Below are positions 1 to 11,819 of a stretch of 64,000 nucleotides of DNA, in pieces. This stretch comes from Candidatus Aminicenantes bacterium (lineage in GTDB: Bacteria; Acidobacteriota; Aminicenantia; Aminicenantales; Saccharicenantaceae), in assembly GCA_037447475.1 (NCBI GenBank), contig JBBIGP010000004.1, positions 7,713 through 71,712 on the forward strand. Direction: 5' to 3'. The notes beneath the pieces were generated by a model. It had not been told where the DNA came from and ran no database searches. It was given only the letters and a program-made list of their open reading frames with translations. Every line of letters starts with the position of its first letter. Position 1 is the first letter of the stretch. The position numbers and the translations under genes were made by a program.

Positions 1-2751
<2,751 letters not shown>

Positions 2752-2806
2752 TTATCATCTTCTATCAGAAAGACCCTGGAAAGTCAATTTGCGGCCGCCC
2801 TGGCGC

Positions 2807-2835
2807 TTTACAGAAGTCCCTGTTTCCCCTATAAT
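2807..2835 (+). promoter_or_regulatory. Candidate sigma70 promoter for feoAB (TTTACA-N17-TATAAT)
   Basis: TTTACA at 2807-2812, a 17-nt spacer, and a perfect TATAAT at 2830-2835, about 85 nt upstream of the feoA ATG. Sequence match only. Confidence 0.45.
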
Positions 2836-2918
2836 TGGACGCCTTGCCCCCTCCCGGAAGAACGGGGCGAACCCCGTCGAGCTCCGAGAGGGAAGGCTGT
2901 ACGGAGAGGAATTTCGGC

Positions 2919-3161
2919 ATGACGCTCATCGAAGCCCCGCTCGGAACCCCCCTTCGGATCGTCGACCTGGCCGGCGGCGAAGGGATCCGGCGCCGGCTCA
3001 TGGCTTTGGGCTTCCACAAGAACGACATCATCGAGCTCGACGGCCAGGCCATCCTCCGGGGCCCGCTCCTCGTCCGCAACGTCACGACTGACACGAAGGT
3101 CGCGCTCGGCCGGGGGGTCGCCCAGAAGGTCGTTGTCGAAGAGGTTCATGAGCGGTCCTAG
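2919..3161 (+). CDS. feoA: Ferrous iron transport protein A (FeoA domain)
   Basis: Internal ATG of ORF 2835-3161. MTLIEAPLGTPLRIVDLAGGEGIRRRLMALGFHKNDIIEL is a typical FeoA SH3-like domain. Overlaps the feoB start. Confidence 0.85.
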   Translation: MTLIEAPLGTPLRIVDLAGGEGIRRRLMALGFHKNDIIELDGQAILRGPLLVRNVTTDTKVALGRGVAQKVVVEEVHERS

Positions 3162-5079
3162 GGTCCCCGTCGTCGTCTTCATCGGCCAGCCGAACAGCGG
3201 CAAGAGCACCCTGTTCAATTCCATCGCCGGGCACAAGGCCGAAACGTCGAATTTCCCGGGCACGTCCATCCAGCATACCCATAGCCGCGTCAACATCGAG
3301 GGCCGGCTCCTCGACATCGTCGACCTGCCCGGCACCTACACCCTCTGCCCCACGGACCGGGCCGAGCAGGTCGTCCTCTCCCACCTTTTCTCCGAGAAGC
3401 CCGACCTCGTCGTCAACGTCGTCGACGCCTCGACGCTCAGCCGGAGCCTCGAGCTGACGCTCGAGCTCGTCGAGCTCGGGTACCCCCTGGTCGTCGCCCT
3501 CAACATGATGGACCTGGCGGAGAGGAAAGGCATCGAGGTCGACGCCGCGAAGCTCGGGTCCCTCCTCGGCGCGCCGGTCGTCCCGATCATTGCCGCCTTC
3601 GGCCGAGGGATCAGGGAGCTCCTGGAACAGGTTTTCTCGGTCCTGGACGGCGGGCAGCGCCTGCAGGGGATACAGGGGTCCGGGGACGTGGAGGACATGA
3701 TCGCCGAGATGGAAAGGCTTGTCCCCCCGGGCTTTCCCATCGTCGGGAACCGCCGGTTCACGGCCGTCAAGCTCATCGAGGCGGGCGGGATGGCCTGCGG
3801 CGACCTGATCGGCGAGGTCGACCCGGAACTGGCCTCCATTCTGGCCGGCATCCGAAAGGGACTCGAAGAGAGCCGCGGCGCGCCGGCCTACGAGATCATC
3901 TCCGCCGAACGCCACCACCTGGCCATGAAGTTCTTCGAGGAGTCGTGCCGCGTCCTGCGCGGCAGGCGCCTGACCTGGGAGACCAAGGCCGACGCCGTCC
4001 TCATGCATCCCGTCCTCGGCTATCTCATCCTGATCGCCGTGTTCCTGGCGTTCTTCTTCATCATCTTCAAGGTCGGCAACCCCCTCGAGGCCCTTCTCCT
4101 CGGGCCCTTCGAGGGCCTCAAGGACACGCTGGCCTCGCGCCTGGGCGACGGATTGGTTTTCTATCTCGCCGAAGGGCTCGTCCAGGGCGTGGGCGGGGGA
4201 GCGGCCATCGTCCTGCCCTATTTCCTCCCCCTGCTGTTCCTGATGGCCCTGCTCGAGGACCTCGGGTACCTGGCCCGGGCCGGCTTTCTCCTGGACACGT
4301 TCATGCACCGCATCGGGCTGCACGGGAAGTCGGTCTCGCCGTTCATCCTGGGCTTCGGTTGCAACGTCCCGGCCATCGTCTCGACGCGCATCCTCGAGTC
4401 GCACCGGGACCGGGTCCTGACTGCGCTGCTCATCCCGTTCATCCCGTGCGCCGCCCGGACGACGATCATCCTGGCCCTAGTGGCCTCCTATCTGGGCCCG
4501 CTCTGGGCCATGGGCTTCTATGTGGCCAACATCGCCGTCGTCGCCCTGGTCGGGGGCCTCCTCAGCCTGTTCCTCAAGGAGCCCTCGCCAGGGCTCATCC
4601 TGGAGATCCCGTCCCTCAAGGCGCCGCGGCCGGGCTCCGTTCTCCGCAAGACATGGCTCCAGATCCAATCGTTCATCAAATTCGCTTGGCCCATCCTCAT
4701 CGCCGGCAGCCTCGTGCTCAGCCTGATGGGTTTTTTCGGCCTCGACCGGCTGGTCAACGACATCCTCGCCCCTCTCGTTTCCAAGGGCCTGGGCCTGCCC
4801 CGCGAGCTGGGGGTCACCCTCGTTTTCGGCTTCCTGCGCAAGGAGCTGTCGCTCATCATGATGCTCCAGGCCCTGGGCGTGGAATACCAGGACCTGCTCT
4901 CGGCGATCACCCGGGAGCAGATCATCGTCTTCACGGTCTTCATCAGCTTTTTCATCCCCTGCCTGTCCACGTTCGCCATCCTCTGGAAGGAGATCGGGAA
5001 GAGATGGGCCTTCGTTTCGGTCGGCCTGAGCGTGTCCGTGGCTTTGGCACTGAGCTGGCTCGTCCGTTTGGTGATCTGA
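3148..5079 (+). CDS. feoB: Ferrous iron transporter FeoB (G-domain plus membrane domain)
   Basis: GQPNSGKSTLFN P-loop, DLPGTY, then a polytopic membrane domain. ATG 3148 has a GAAGAGG SD; the track start at 3133 is a TTG. Confidence 0.95.
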   Translation: MSGPRVPVVVFIGQPNSGKSTLFNSIAGHKAETSNFPGTSIQHTHSRVNIEGRLLDIVDLPGTYTLCPTDRAEQVVLSHLFSEKPDLVVNVVDASTLSRSLELTLELVELGYPLVVALNMMDLAERKGIEVDAAKLGSLLGAPVVPIIAAFGRGIRELLEQVFSVLDGGQRLQGIQGSGDVEDMIAEMERLVPPGFPIVGNRRFTAVKLIEAGGMACGDLIGEVDPELASILAGIRKGLEESRGAPAYEIISAERHHLAMKFFEESCRVLRGRRLTWETKADAVLMHPVLGYLILIAVFLAFFFIIFKVGNPLEALLLGPFEGLKDTLASRLGDGLVFYLAEGLVQGVGGGAAIVLPYFLPLLFLMALLEDLGYLARAGFLLDTFMHRIGLHGKSVSPFILGFGCNVPAIVSTRILESHRDRVLTALLIPFIPCAARTTIILALVASYLGPLWAMGFYVANIAVVALVGGLLSLFLKEPSPGLILEIPSLKAPRPGSVLRKTWLQIQSFIKFAWPILIAGSLVLSLMGFFGLDRLVNDILAPLVSKGLGLPRELGVTLVFGFLRKELSLIMMLQALGVEYQDLLSAITREQIIVFTVFISFFIPCLSTFAILWKEIGKRWAFVSVGLSVSVALALSWLVRLVI

Positions 5080-5101
5080 TGCGGCGGAAGGAAAGGACCC
5101 C

Positions 5102-7231
5102 ATGAACCACAGCGCCCCCGTCCCCGAACGCATCGGCCGCTTGGCCGAGCTCGCCGACAATCTCTGGTGGAGCTGGCATCCTCCGGCGAGGGCGCTCTTC
5201 AAGGCCGTCAGCCTGCCGCTCTGGCGGGCAACGCTGCACAATCCCGTCCGGATCCTCCAGACGGTCAGTCCGGAGCGCCTGGACGCCTTGTCCCGGGACC
5301 CGCGGTTCCTCGACCTCTATGACCGGGTCATGACGGCCTTCGACACCGAGCTGAAGAACGGCCATCTCTGGTTCCCGAAAAACCATTCCGAGCTGCGGGA
5401 TCCCGTGGCCTATTTCTCGGCGGAGTTCGGTCTTCACAGCTCCCTGCCGATCTATTCCGGGGGGCTCGGCGTCCTCTCCGGGGACCACTGCAAGGAGGCC
5501 GGCGATCTCGGGCTGCCGCTCGTCGGCGTGGGCTTCATCTATCCGCAGGGCTATTTCCGGCAGATCATGCCGCCCGACGGCTGGCAGCAGGCCGTCTATG
5601 ACACCCTGAATTATGATCATGTCCCCCTCCACCTCGTGACGGGAGCGGACGGCAAGAGGCTGCTCGTCGAAGTGACGCTCAAGGCCGTCCCCATCTACGT
5701 CCAGGTCTGGCGGGTCAACGCCGGCCGGGTCCCCATTTTTCTGATGGACACGAACATCGACCGCAACGCCCCCTGGGACCGGGACCTGACGGCGCGGCTC
5801 TACGGCGGCGACCAGGAGGTCCGCGTCCGCCAGGAGATGGTCCTCGGCCTCGGCGGGGTCCGGGTCCTGCGGGCCCTGGGCATCGATCCGGCCGCCTGGC
5901 ACATGAACGAGGGCCATTCGGCGTTCCTGCTCCTCGAGCGTCTTCGCGAGGCGACCCACAGGGGCCTTCTGTGGGAGCAGGCCATCGACGAAGTCCGGAG
6001 AGCGACCGTCTTCACGACCCACACGCCCGTTCCGGCCGGCCACGACGCTTTCCCGTTCCACCTCATCGACGAATATTTCGGCCGGTTCTGGCAGGACATG
6101 GGCATCAGCCGGGAACAGTTCCTGGCCCTCGGCGAGTTCGACGGCCGGTTCAACATGACCGTGCTGGCCCTGCGCCTGGCCGGACGGTCGAACGGCGTCA
6201 GCCGGCTCCATGGCGAGGTCTCGCGGCGGATGTGGCAGCCCGTCTGGCCCGACAGGCGGCCGGAGGACGTGCCCATCGGGGCCATCACCAACGGCGTCCA
6301 CGCCCCGGGCTGGATCGCGTCGTCCCTGAAATCGGTCTTCGCGGAGCGCTTGGGAGGCGACTGGCTCGACCGCCACGACGATCCGGCCCTCTGGGACAGG
6401 ATCGACGACGTCCCCGACGAGGTCCTATGGGCGGCCCACATGGACCTGAAGGCCAAGCTGTTGGCCAGGATCCACGACCGTTCCCGGCAGCGTTGGACGT
6501 CCGGCTCCATGGACGCCAGCCAGATCATGCCGTCGGGGGCCCTGCTCGACCCCGACGCCCTGACCATCGGCTTCGCCCGGCGATTCGCCACCTACAAGCG
6601 GGCGACGCTCGTGTTCCACGACGAGCGCAGACTGAACCGCATCCTCCAGTCCGAGAGCCGGCCCGTCCAGATCATCTTCACCGGCAAGGCCCACCCCGCG
6701 GACGGCCAAGGCAAGGAGTTCATCCAGAAGGTCTATCACTATGCCCAGTCCACGGAGTTCGGCGGGAGGATCGCCTTCTTGGAGGACTACAACTTGCACA
6801 TCGCCCACTTCCTCGTCCAGGGCGTGGACCTCTGGCTCAACACGCCCCGGCGGCCCAACGAGGCCAGCGGGACGAGCGGCATGAAGGCGGCCATGAACGG
6901 GGTCCCGAACCTGAGCGTCCTCGACGGATGGTGGGCGGAATCCCACCGGCCCGCGGCGGAAGGGCGGGCGGCCAACGGCTGGGCCTTCGGCGAGGCCGAA
7001 TACGGCGACTGGGACACCCAGGACGAGATGGACAGCCAGGCCCTCTACCGCCTCCTCGAGGAGGAGATCGTCCCGCTCTATTACGACCGCGGCGCCGACG
7101 GCATCCCGAGAGGCTGGATCAAGGTCATGAAGGAGGCCATGAGGACCAGCCTGGCCGCCTTCTCCATGCGCCGCATGGTCAAGGAGTACATCGAGCGGAT
7201 GTATCTGCCGGCCATGCGCCGCGAGGGTTGA
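5102..7231 (+). CDS. glgP: Alpha-glucan (glycogen/maltodextrin) phosphorylase, GT35
   Basis: 709 aa. LWWSWHP N-terminal motif, EFGLHSSLPIYSGGLGVLSGDH, and the PLP-lysine region EASGTSGMKAAMNG. Confidence 0.9.
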   Translation: MNHSAPVPERIGRLAELADNLWWSWHPPARALFKAVSLPLWRATLHNPVRILQTVSPERLDALSRDPRFLDLYDRVMTAFDTELKNGHLWFPKNHSELRDPVAYFSAEFGLHSSLPIYSGGLGVLSGDHCKEAGDLGLPLVGVGFIYPQGYFRQIMPPDGWQQAVYDTLNYDHVPLHLVTGADGKRLLVEVTLKAVPIYVQVWRVNAGRVPIFLMDTNIDRNAPWDRDLTARLYGGDQEVRVRQEMVLGLGGVRVLRALGIDPAAWHMNEGHSAFLLLERLREATHRGLLWEQAIDEVRRATVFTTHTPVPAGHDAFPFHLIDEYFGRFWQDMGISREQFLALGEFDGRFNMTVLALRLAGRSNGVSRLHGEVSRRMWQPVWPDRRPEDVPIGAITNGVHAPGWIASSLKSVFAERLGGDWLDRHDDPALWDRIDDVPDEVLWAAHMDLKAKLLARIHDRSRQRWTSGSMDASQIMPSGALLDPDALTIGFARRFATYKRATLVFHDERRLNRILQSESRPVQIIFTGKAHPADGQGKEFIQKVYHYAQSTEFGGRIAFLEDYNLHIAHFLVQGVDLWLNTPRRPNEASGTSGMKAAMNGVPNLSVLDGWWAESHRPAAEGRAANGWAFGEAEYGDWDTQDEMDSQALYRLLEEEIVPLYYDRGADGIPRGWIKVMKEAMRTSLAAFSMRRMVKEYIERMYLPAMRREG

Positions 7232-7233
7232 GG

Positions 7234-7289
7234 CCGGGCAGGCTCATAGAGGGGATATCTATCGAGATCGCGGGGGCATATCTGCCCGG
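7234..7289. terminator. Possible bidirectional hairpin between convergent glgP and uvrC
   Basis: CCGGGCAG (7234-7241) pairs with CTGCCCGG (7282-7289), with an inner imperfect GATATC/GAGATC stem. There is no clear U-tract on either side. Confidence 0.25.
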
Positions 7290-7304
7290 AATCGGCAAAG
7301 GGAG

Positions 7305-9095
7305 CTATTTCTTATTGAGGTTCTCCCGAACCTTGGCGGCGGCCGTTCGGCCGACGATCCTCTCCAGATCGGGGACCGGGGCGGCTTGGACCGCCTCGAG
7401 ACTCCCGTAGCGCGCCAACAGAGCGGCCTTTTTCTTGGGCCCGAGGCCGGGGATCCCATCGAGCTCCGAGGCGAAGCTGCGCTTTTCTCGCCGGCCCCGG
7501 TGGTAGGAGATCGCAAATCGGTGGGCCTCGTCCCGGACGGCCTGGACGAGCTTGAGGGCCGCCGACGTCCGCGGCAGACGGAGACCTTGCGGCGCCCCGG
7601 CGGTGAAGAGGATCTCCTCGCGCTTGGCGATCGAGACGAGCGGAAGGTCTTCGAGGCCGAGGCCGGAGAGGGCCTTGCGGGCGGCCGAGAGCTGGGGCCT
7701 GCCGCCGTCGACCATGACCAGGTCGGGGAGGGGCCCCCGCTCCTCGAGGACCCGGCGGTACCGCCGGATGATGACCTCCTCGAGGCTGGCGACGTCGTTG
7801 GGGCCCTCGACCGTCCGGACCCGATATTTCCTGTAGGCGTCCTTGTCGGGCCGGCCGTCCCGGAAGACGACCAGCGAGCTGACCGGTTCCTCGCCGCCCG
7901 TGTTCGAGACGTCGAAGCCTTCGATCGTCCGCGGCGGTCTTTCCAGGCCGAGCGCCTGTTGCAGGGCTTCGAGAGGGCCCGGCCCCGGGGCCGTCTTGTG
8001 AAGGTGGGCCTCGGCGTTGCGGGCGGCCAGGGCCACGAGCTTGAGGTCCCGGCCGCCCCGGGGGACGTGAAGGGGTGAGCGGCGCCCGGTCCGCCCGCCG
8101 AGGACGGTCTCGAGGGCTTCGGCGTTCGTCGGCCGGAAGGGGAGCAACAGGCGCGGCGGGATCTCGCGGTCCGAAGGGCTCCCGTAGAATCCGGCAAGGA
8201 GCTTGCCCAGGACATCGGCGTCCGGCACCCCGGCGGGAGCCTCGATGAGGGCCGCCTCGGAGCTGCGGATCTTGCCCCGGCGCATGAAGAAGACGTGGAC
8301 GGCGGCCCGGTCCCCCTCCCGGGCGAATCCGGCCGCGTCCTGGTCCTCGAGGGCCACGGAGATCGACCGGGGCCGGTCCCGCATGTCCTCGACGGTCCGC
8401 AGGACGTCGCGCCAGCGGGCCGCCTCCTCGAACCTCTGCTCCCGGGCCGCCCCTTCCATCCGCTCGCGAAGGGTTCTTGCCAGCTCGGGCATGCGGCCTT
8501 CGAGAAAAAGGCATGCGGCCTCGACGTCGCGGCGGTAACCCTCTTCGGAGATGAATCCCACGCAGGGGGCCGAGCAGAGCTTCAGCTCATATTCGAGACA
8601 GGGTCGCTTCCGTCCCCGGAACACGGCATTCTCGCATCCCCGGACGCCGAAGAGCTTGTTGACGAGGTGGATTGACGTCCGGGCCCGGCGGGCGGGGCTG
8701 AACGGGCCGAAGTAGCGGGACGCGTCGCGCTCGACCCGGCGGCTCGAATAGACGCCGGGGAACATCTCGCCGGCCGTCACTTTGAGGCAGGGGAAGCTCT
8801 TGTCGTCCTTGAGCCGGAGGTTGAAGCGCGGCTGGTGGCGCTGGACGTAGTTGTTCTCGAGGAAGGCCGCCTCCTTCTCGGAGCCCGCCAGGACATAGTC
8901 GATGGACGCCGTCTCCCGGAGGATCGCCCGGACCTTGACGTCGGGGTCCGGCAGGAAGTACGACCGGACGCGGTCGCGCAGGGAGCGGGCCTTGCCGATG
9001 TAGACGACCTCGCCGGCGGCGTTCTTGAAGAAGTAGATCCCGGGCTTGGCCGGCATCTCCGCGGCCCGGGCCTTGAGGCGGTCGTCGGCGCTCAT
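7305..9095 (-). CDS. uvrC: Excinuclease ABC subunit C
   Basis: 596 aa. GIY-YIG N-terminus (PGIYFFKNAAGEVVYIGKA), UvrBC domain, C-terminal HhH. ATG start 1 nt after the uvrB stop. Confidence 0.95.
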   Translation of the reverse strand: MSADDRLKARAAEMPAKPGIYFFKNAAGEVVYIGKARSLRDRVRSYFLPDPDVKVRAILRETASIDYVLAGSEKEAAFLENNYVQRHQPRFNLRLKDDKSFPCLKVTAGEMFPGVYSSRRVERDASRYFGPFSPARRARTSIHLVNKLFGVRGCENAVFRGRKRPCLEYELKLCSAPCVGFISEEGYRRDVEAACLFLEGRMPELARTLRERMEGAAREQRFEEAARWRDVLRTVEDMRDRPRSISVALEDQDAAGFAREGDRAAVHVFFMRRGKIRSSEAALIEAPAGVPDADVLGKLLAGFYGSPSDREIPPRLLLPFRPTNAEALETVLGGRTGRRSPLHVPRGGRDLKLVALAARNAEAHLHKTAPGPGPLEALQQALGLERPPRTIEGFDVSNTGGEEPVSSLVVFRDGRPDKDAYRKYRVRTVEGPNDVASLEEVIIRRYRRVLEERGPLPDLVMVDGGRPQLSAARKALSGLGLEDLPLVSIAKREEILFTAGAPQGLRLPRTSAALKLVQAVRDEAHRFAISYHRGRREKRSFASELDGIPGLGPKKKAALLARYGSLEAVQAAPVPDLERIVGRTAAAKVRENLNKK

Positions 9096-9096
9096 G

Positions 9097-11088
9097 TCAC
9101 AGGTCCAGCTCGAGCTCGCGCTTCTTGAGGCGGGTCAGCTCGTCGCGGTAGCCGGCGGCCTTCTCGAACTCGAGGGCCCGGGCCGCCTCCTTCATGAGCT
9201 TTTCGAGCTCCTCCATCCGTTTCTTGCGCTTCTGCGGCGACAGGTAGATCTCCTTGTCCTCGGCGACCCGGGTGTAGTCGAGGTAATCGCGCTCGTAGAC
9301 GCTGGACAGGACGGCGTCGATGCCCTTGACGATGCTCTGGGGCGTGATCCCGCGGGCCGCGTTGTAGTCCCGCTGGAGGAGGCGGCGCCGGTCGGTCTCG
9401 TCGATGGCCGCCCTCATCGAATCGGTCACCGTGTCGGCGTAGAGGATGACCCGGCCGGCGACGTGGCGGGCCGCCCGGCCGAAGGTCTGGACGAGGGCGG
9501 TCGCCGAGCGGAGGAAGCCCTCCTTGTCGGCGTCGAGGATGGCGACCAGGGAGACCTCGGGCAGGTCCAGGCCCTCGCGGAGAAGATTGATGCCGATGAG
9601 GGCGTCGAACTCCCCCTTGCGGAGGTCGCGGAGGACCTTGACCCTGTCCAGGGTCTCGACCTCGGAATGGAGGTAGCGGACGCGCAGGCCGAGCTCGTGA
9701 TAGTGGCGGGCCAGGTCCTCGGCCATCTTCTTGGTCAGGGTCGTGACCAGGACCCGCTCGTTGCGGGCGGCCCGGGCCCGGATCTCGCCCATGAGATCGT
9801 CCACCTGGCCTTTGACGGGCCGGACCTCAAGCTCGGGGTCGGTCAGGCCGGTCGGCCGGATGATCTGCTCCACGACGCGGTCCGGGGCCTTCGCGAGCTC
9901 GTAGGGGCCGGGCGTCGCCGAGACATACAAGACCTGGCCGACGCGCCCTTCGAACTCGTCGAAGTTCAGAGGCCGGTTGTCGAGGGCCGACGGGAGCCGG
10001 AAGCCGTGTTCGACGAGGGTCGTCTTCCGGGAGCGGTCGCCGGAGTACATGCCGCCGATCTGGGGGACGGTGACGTGGGATTCGTCGATGATCGTCAGGA
10101 AGTCCCCGGGGAAATAGTCGAGGAGAACGGCGGGCGGCTCGCCGGGCCGGCGGCCGCTGAGATGCCGGGAGTAGTTCTCGATGCCCGGGCAGTATCCGAA
10201 CTCGCGGAGCATGTCGAGGTCGTAGAGGGTCCGTTCCTCGATGCGCTCGGCCTCGACGGCTTGCCCGCGGCGCAGGAAGTGCGCGACGCGCTCGGCCAGT
10301 TCCGCCTCGATCCCGGCGACGGCGGCGCGGAGGACGTCGGGGGGGGTCGAGAAGAACGTCCGGGGGTGGATCATGACCGACTCGAGGGACTTGAGCGTCG
10401 TGCCGAGCAGGGGATCGACGAACGAGAGGGCCCGGATCGCCCCGTCCTCGAGCTCGATGCGGATGGCCGAGTTCTCGTAGCTCGGGAAGACCTCGACGAT
10501 GTCGCCCCGGACGCGGAAGCTGCCGCGCTTGAAGTCGCCCTCCTGGCGCTCGTACTGGACGGCGACGAGCTTGTCGAGCAGGGCCTTGCGGGTCGTGGGC
10601 CGGCCGACGGCCAGGCTGAAGCTCATCGAGTAGTAGGTCTCGGGGGCCCCGATCCCGTAGATGCAGGAGACCGAAGCGACGACGATGACGTCGCGGCGGG
10701 CGAAAAGGGAGTTCGTGGCGCAGAGGCGGAGACGGTCGATCTCGTCGTTGATGGTCGCTTCTTTGGCGATGTAGACGTTCGAGGCGGGGATGTAGGCCTC
10801 GGGCTGATAATAATCATAGTAGCTGACGAAATACTCGACGGCGTTCTGGGGGAAGAAGCGCCGGAACTCCTGGTAGAGCTGGGCGGCCAGGGTCTTGTTG
10901 TGGGAGATGACCAGGACGGGGCGGCCGACGCGCCCGATGATGTTGGCCATCGTGAAGGTCTTGCCGGATCCGGTCACGCCCTTGAGGACCTGGTGGCGTT
11001 CGCCCTTCTCGAGTCCCTCGGTCAGGCGGTCGATGGCCCGGACCTGGTCGCCCTTGGGTTCGAACTCGGAGCGTAACGTGAAATTCAT
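9097..11088 (-). CDS. uvrB: Excinuclease ABC subunit B
   Basis: Start re-picked at ATG 11088 ([22 protein letters not shown]). GVTGSGKT Walker A, DESH box, C-terminal UVR domain. The 62-aa upstream extension in the track is Arg/Pro-rich and looks non-coding. Confidence 0.95.
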   Translation of the reverse strand: MNFTLRSEFEPKGDQVRAIDRLTEGLEKGERHQVLKGVTGSGKTFTMANIIGRVGRPVLVISHNKTLAAQLYQEFRRFFPQNAVEYFVSYYDYYQPEAYIPASNVYIAKEATINDEIDRLRLCATNSLFARRDVIVVASVSCIYGIGAPETYYSMSFSLAVGRPTTRKALLDKLVAVQYERQEGDFKRGSFRVRGDIVEVFPSYENSAIRIELEDGAIRALSFVDPLLGTTLKSLESVMIHPRTFFSTPPDVLRAAVAGIEAELAERVAHFLRRGQAVEAERIEERTLYDLDMLREFGYCPGIENYSRHLSGRRPGEPPAVLLDYFPGDFLTIIDESHVTVPQIGGMYSGDRSRKTTLVEHGFRLPSALDNRPLNFDEFEGRVGQVLYVSATPGPYELAKAPDRVVEQIIRPTGLTDPELEVRPVKGQVDDLMGEIRARAARNERVLVTTLTKKMAEDLARHYHELGLRVRYLHSEVETLDRVKVLRDLRKGEFDALIGINLLREGLDLPEVSLVAILDADKEGFLRSATALVQTFGRAARHVAGRVILYADTVTDSMRAAIDETDRRRLLQRDYNAARGITPQSIVKGIDAVLSSVYERDYLDYTRVAEDKEIYLSPQKRKKRMEELEKLMKEAARALEFEKAAGYRDELTRLKKRELELDL

Positions 11089-11146
11089 GGCCGCCGACAG
11101 CGGGTCAAGCCTTCGTCCTTTCCGGCCTTCCGACGGATCTCGAGGC

Positions 11147-11527
11147 CTAGGACTTGGCTCCCGTCCGGATGCCGCCCTTGAATCGGGCTCCGTCCGCGAC
11201 CGTGATCTTCGGGGCGGCGACATCGCCGTCCATCCGGGCGGTATCGAAGATCTGGACGCGTTCGCCGGCGTCAACGTTGCCCGCGAGCTCCCCGTGAAGG
11301 ACGAGGGTCCGGACCTTGATCTCGCCCTCGGCGCGGGCCCCCTTGGCGACGGTCAATGTCCCGGACGGGAGCGTGATCGTTCCTTTGAGCCGGCCTTCGA
11401 TGAGGACGTCCTCGTGGGCCTCGAGATCCCCTTGGACGACGACGCTCGGCCCCAGGCGCGTGGCGCCGGGACGCCCGGTCCGTTCCGAGGATGAGTTCTG
11501 GGCCTGGCTGGCTTTTTCGTCCGACAT
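11147..11527 (-). CDS. Bactofilin-family polymer-forming protein
   Basis: 126 aa with repeated beta-helix pattern ([19 protein letters not shown]...[26 protein letters not shown]). ATG start. Confidence 0.8.
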   Translation of the reverse strand: MSDEKASQAQNSSSERTGRPGATRLGPSVVVQGDLEAHEDVLIEGRLKGTITLPSGTLTVAKGARAEGEIKVRTLVLHGELAGNVDAGERVQIFDTARMDGDVAAPKITVADGARFKGGIRTGAKS

Positions 11528-11604
11528 GGGTGGTCCTCCCGTCTGGCCGGTCTGAACGGTCCACTGCGATTATAGGGGGGCCTCCGGAGCCTGTCAACGC
11601 TGCT

Positions 11605-11632
11605 TTGAAACGCCCGGGAAATGTGCTAGAAT
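11605..11632 (+). promoter_or_regulatory. Candidate promoter of tRNA-Gly (TTGAAA-N16-TGcTAGAAT, extended -10)
   Basis: TTGAAA at 11605-11610, TG at 11624-11625, TAGAAT at 11627-11632, 14 nt before the mature tRNA 5' end. Same -35 hexamer as the tRNA-Leu promoter. Confidence 0.5.
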
Positions 11633-11646
11633 GCGGCTTTCCGTGA

Positions 11647-11721
11647 GCGGGCATAGCTCAATGGTAGAGTACCGGCTTCCCAAGCCGGGTGTTGTGGGTT
11701 CGAGTCCCATTGCCCGCTCCA
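11647..11721 (+). tRNA. tRNA-Gly (anticodon CCC), CCA encoded
   Basis: Cloverleaf folded by hand: acceptor GCGGGCA/TGCCCGC, anticodon stem CCGGC/GCCGG with loop TTCCCAA, T-arm GTGGG-TTCGAGT-CCCAT, discriminator T, CCA. Confidence 0.9.
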
Positions 11722-11728
11722 TTTTTTT

Positions 11729-11819
11729 AGAGGGGGTCAAATCTCCACTTATTAAATTTTGGACGGCGCGTCGACCATGAACGAAAAATTCGATAATAAG
11801 TGGAGATTTGACCCCCTCT
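11729..11819. repeat. AT-rich long-stem hairpin element, copy 1
   Basis: Left arm AGAGGGGGTCAAATCTCCACTTATTAAATTTT. The right arm reverse-complements to AGAGGGGGTCAAATCTCCACTTATTATCGAATTTTT. 26 bp of perfect stem and a ~23-nt GC-rich loop. Near-identical element at 46831-46925. Confidence 0.75.

Noticed and set aside
2752-2772. Fur-box-like AT-rich sequence (ATTTATCATCTTCTATCAG) between secA and feoA
   Set aside because: It is only a loose match to the GATAAT hexamer repeats. It lies ~35 nt upstream of the candidate -35, so it does not overlap the promoter. Too weak to call without a PWM scan.
11089-11274. 62-aa N-terminal extension of UvrB in the ORF track; similar extensions on xylB, the PHP hydrolase, DUF4861, the anti-sigma factor and the SDR genes
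   Set aside because: Internal ATGs with Shine-Dalgarno sequences or stop/start overlaps give family-typical N-termini. The extensions are Arg/Pro/Ser-rich and overlap neighbouring genes.
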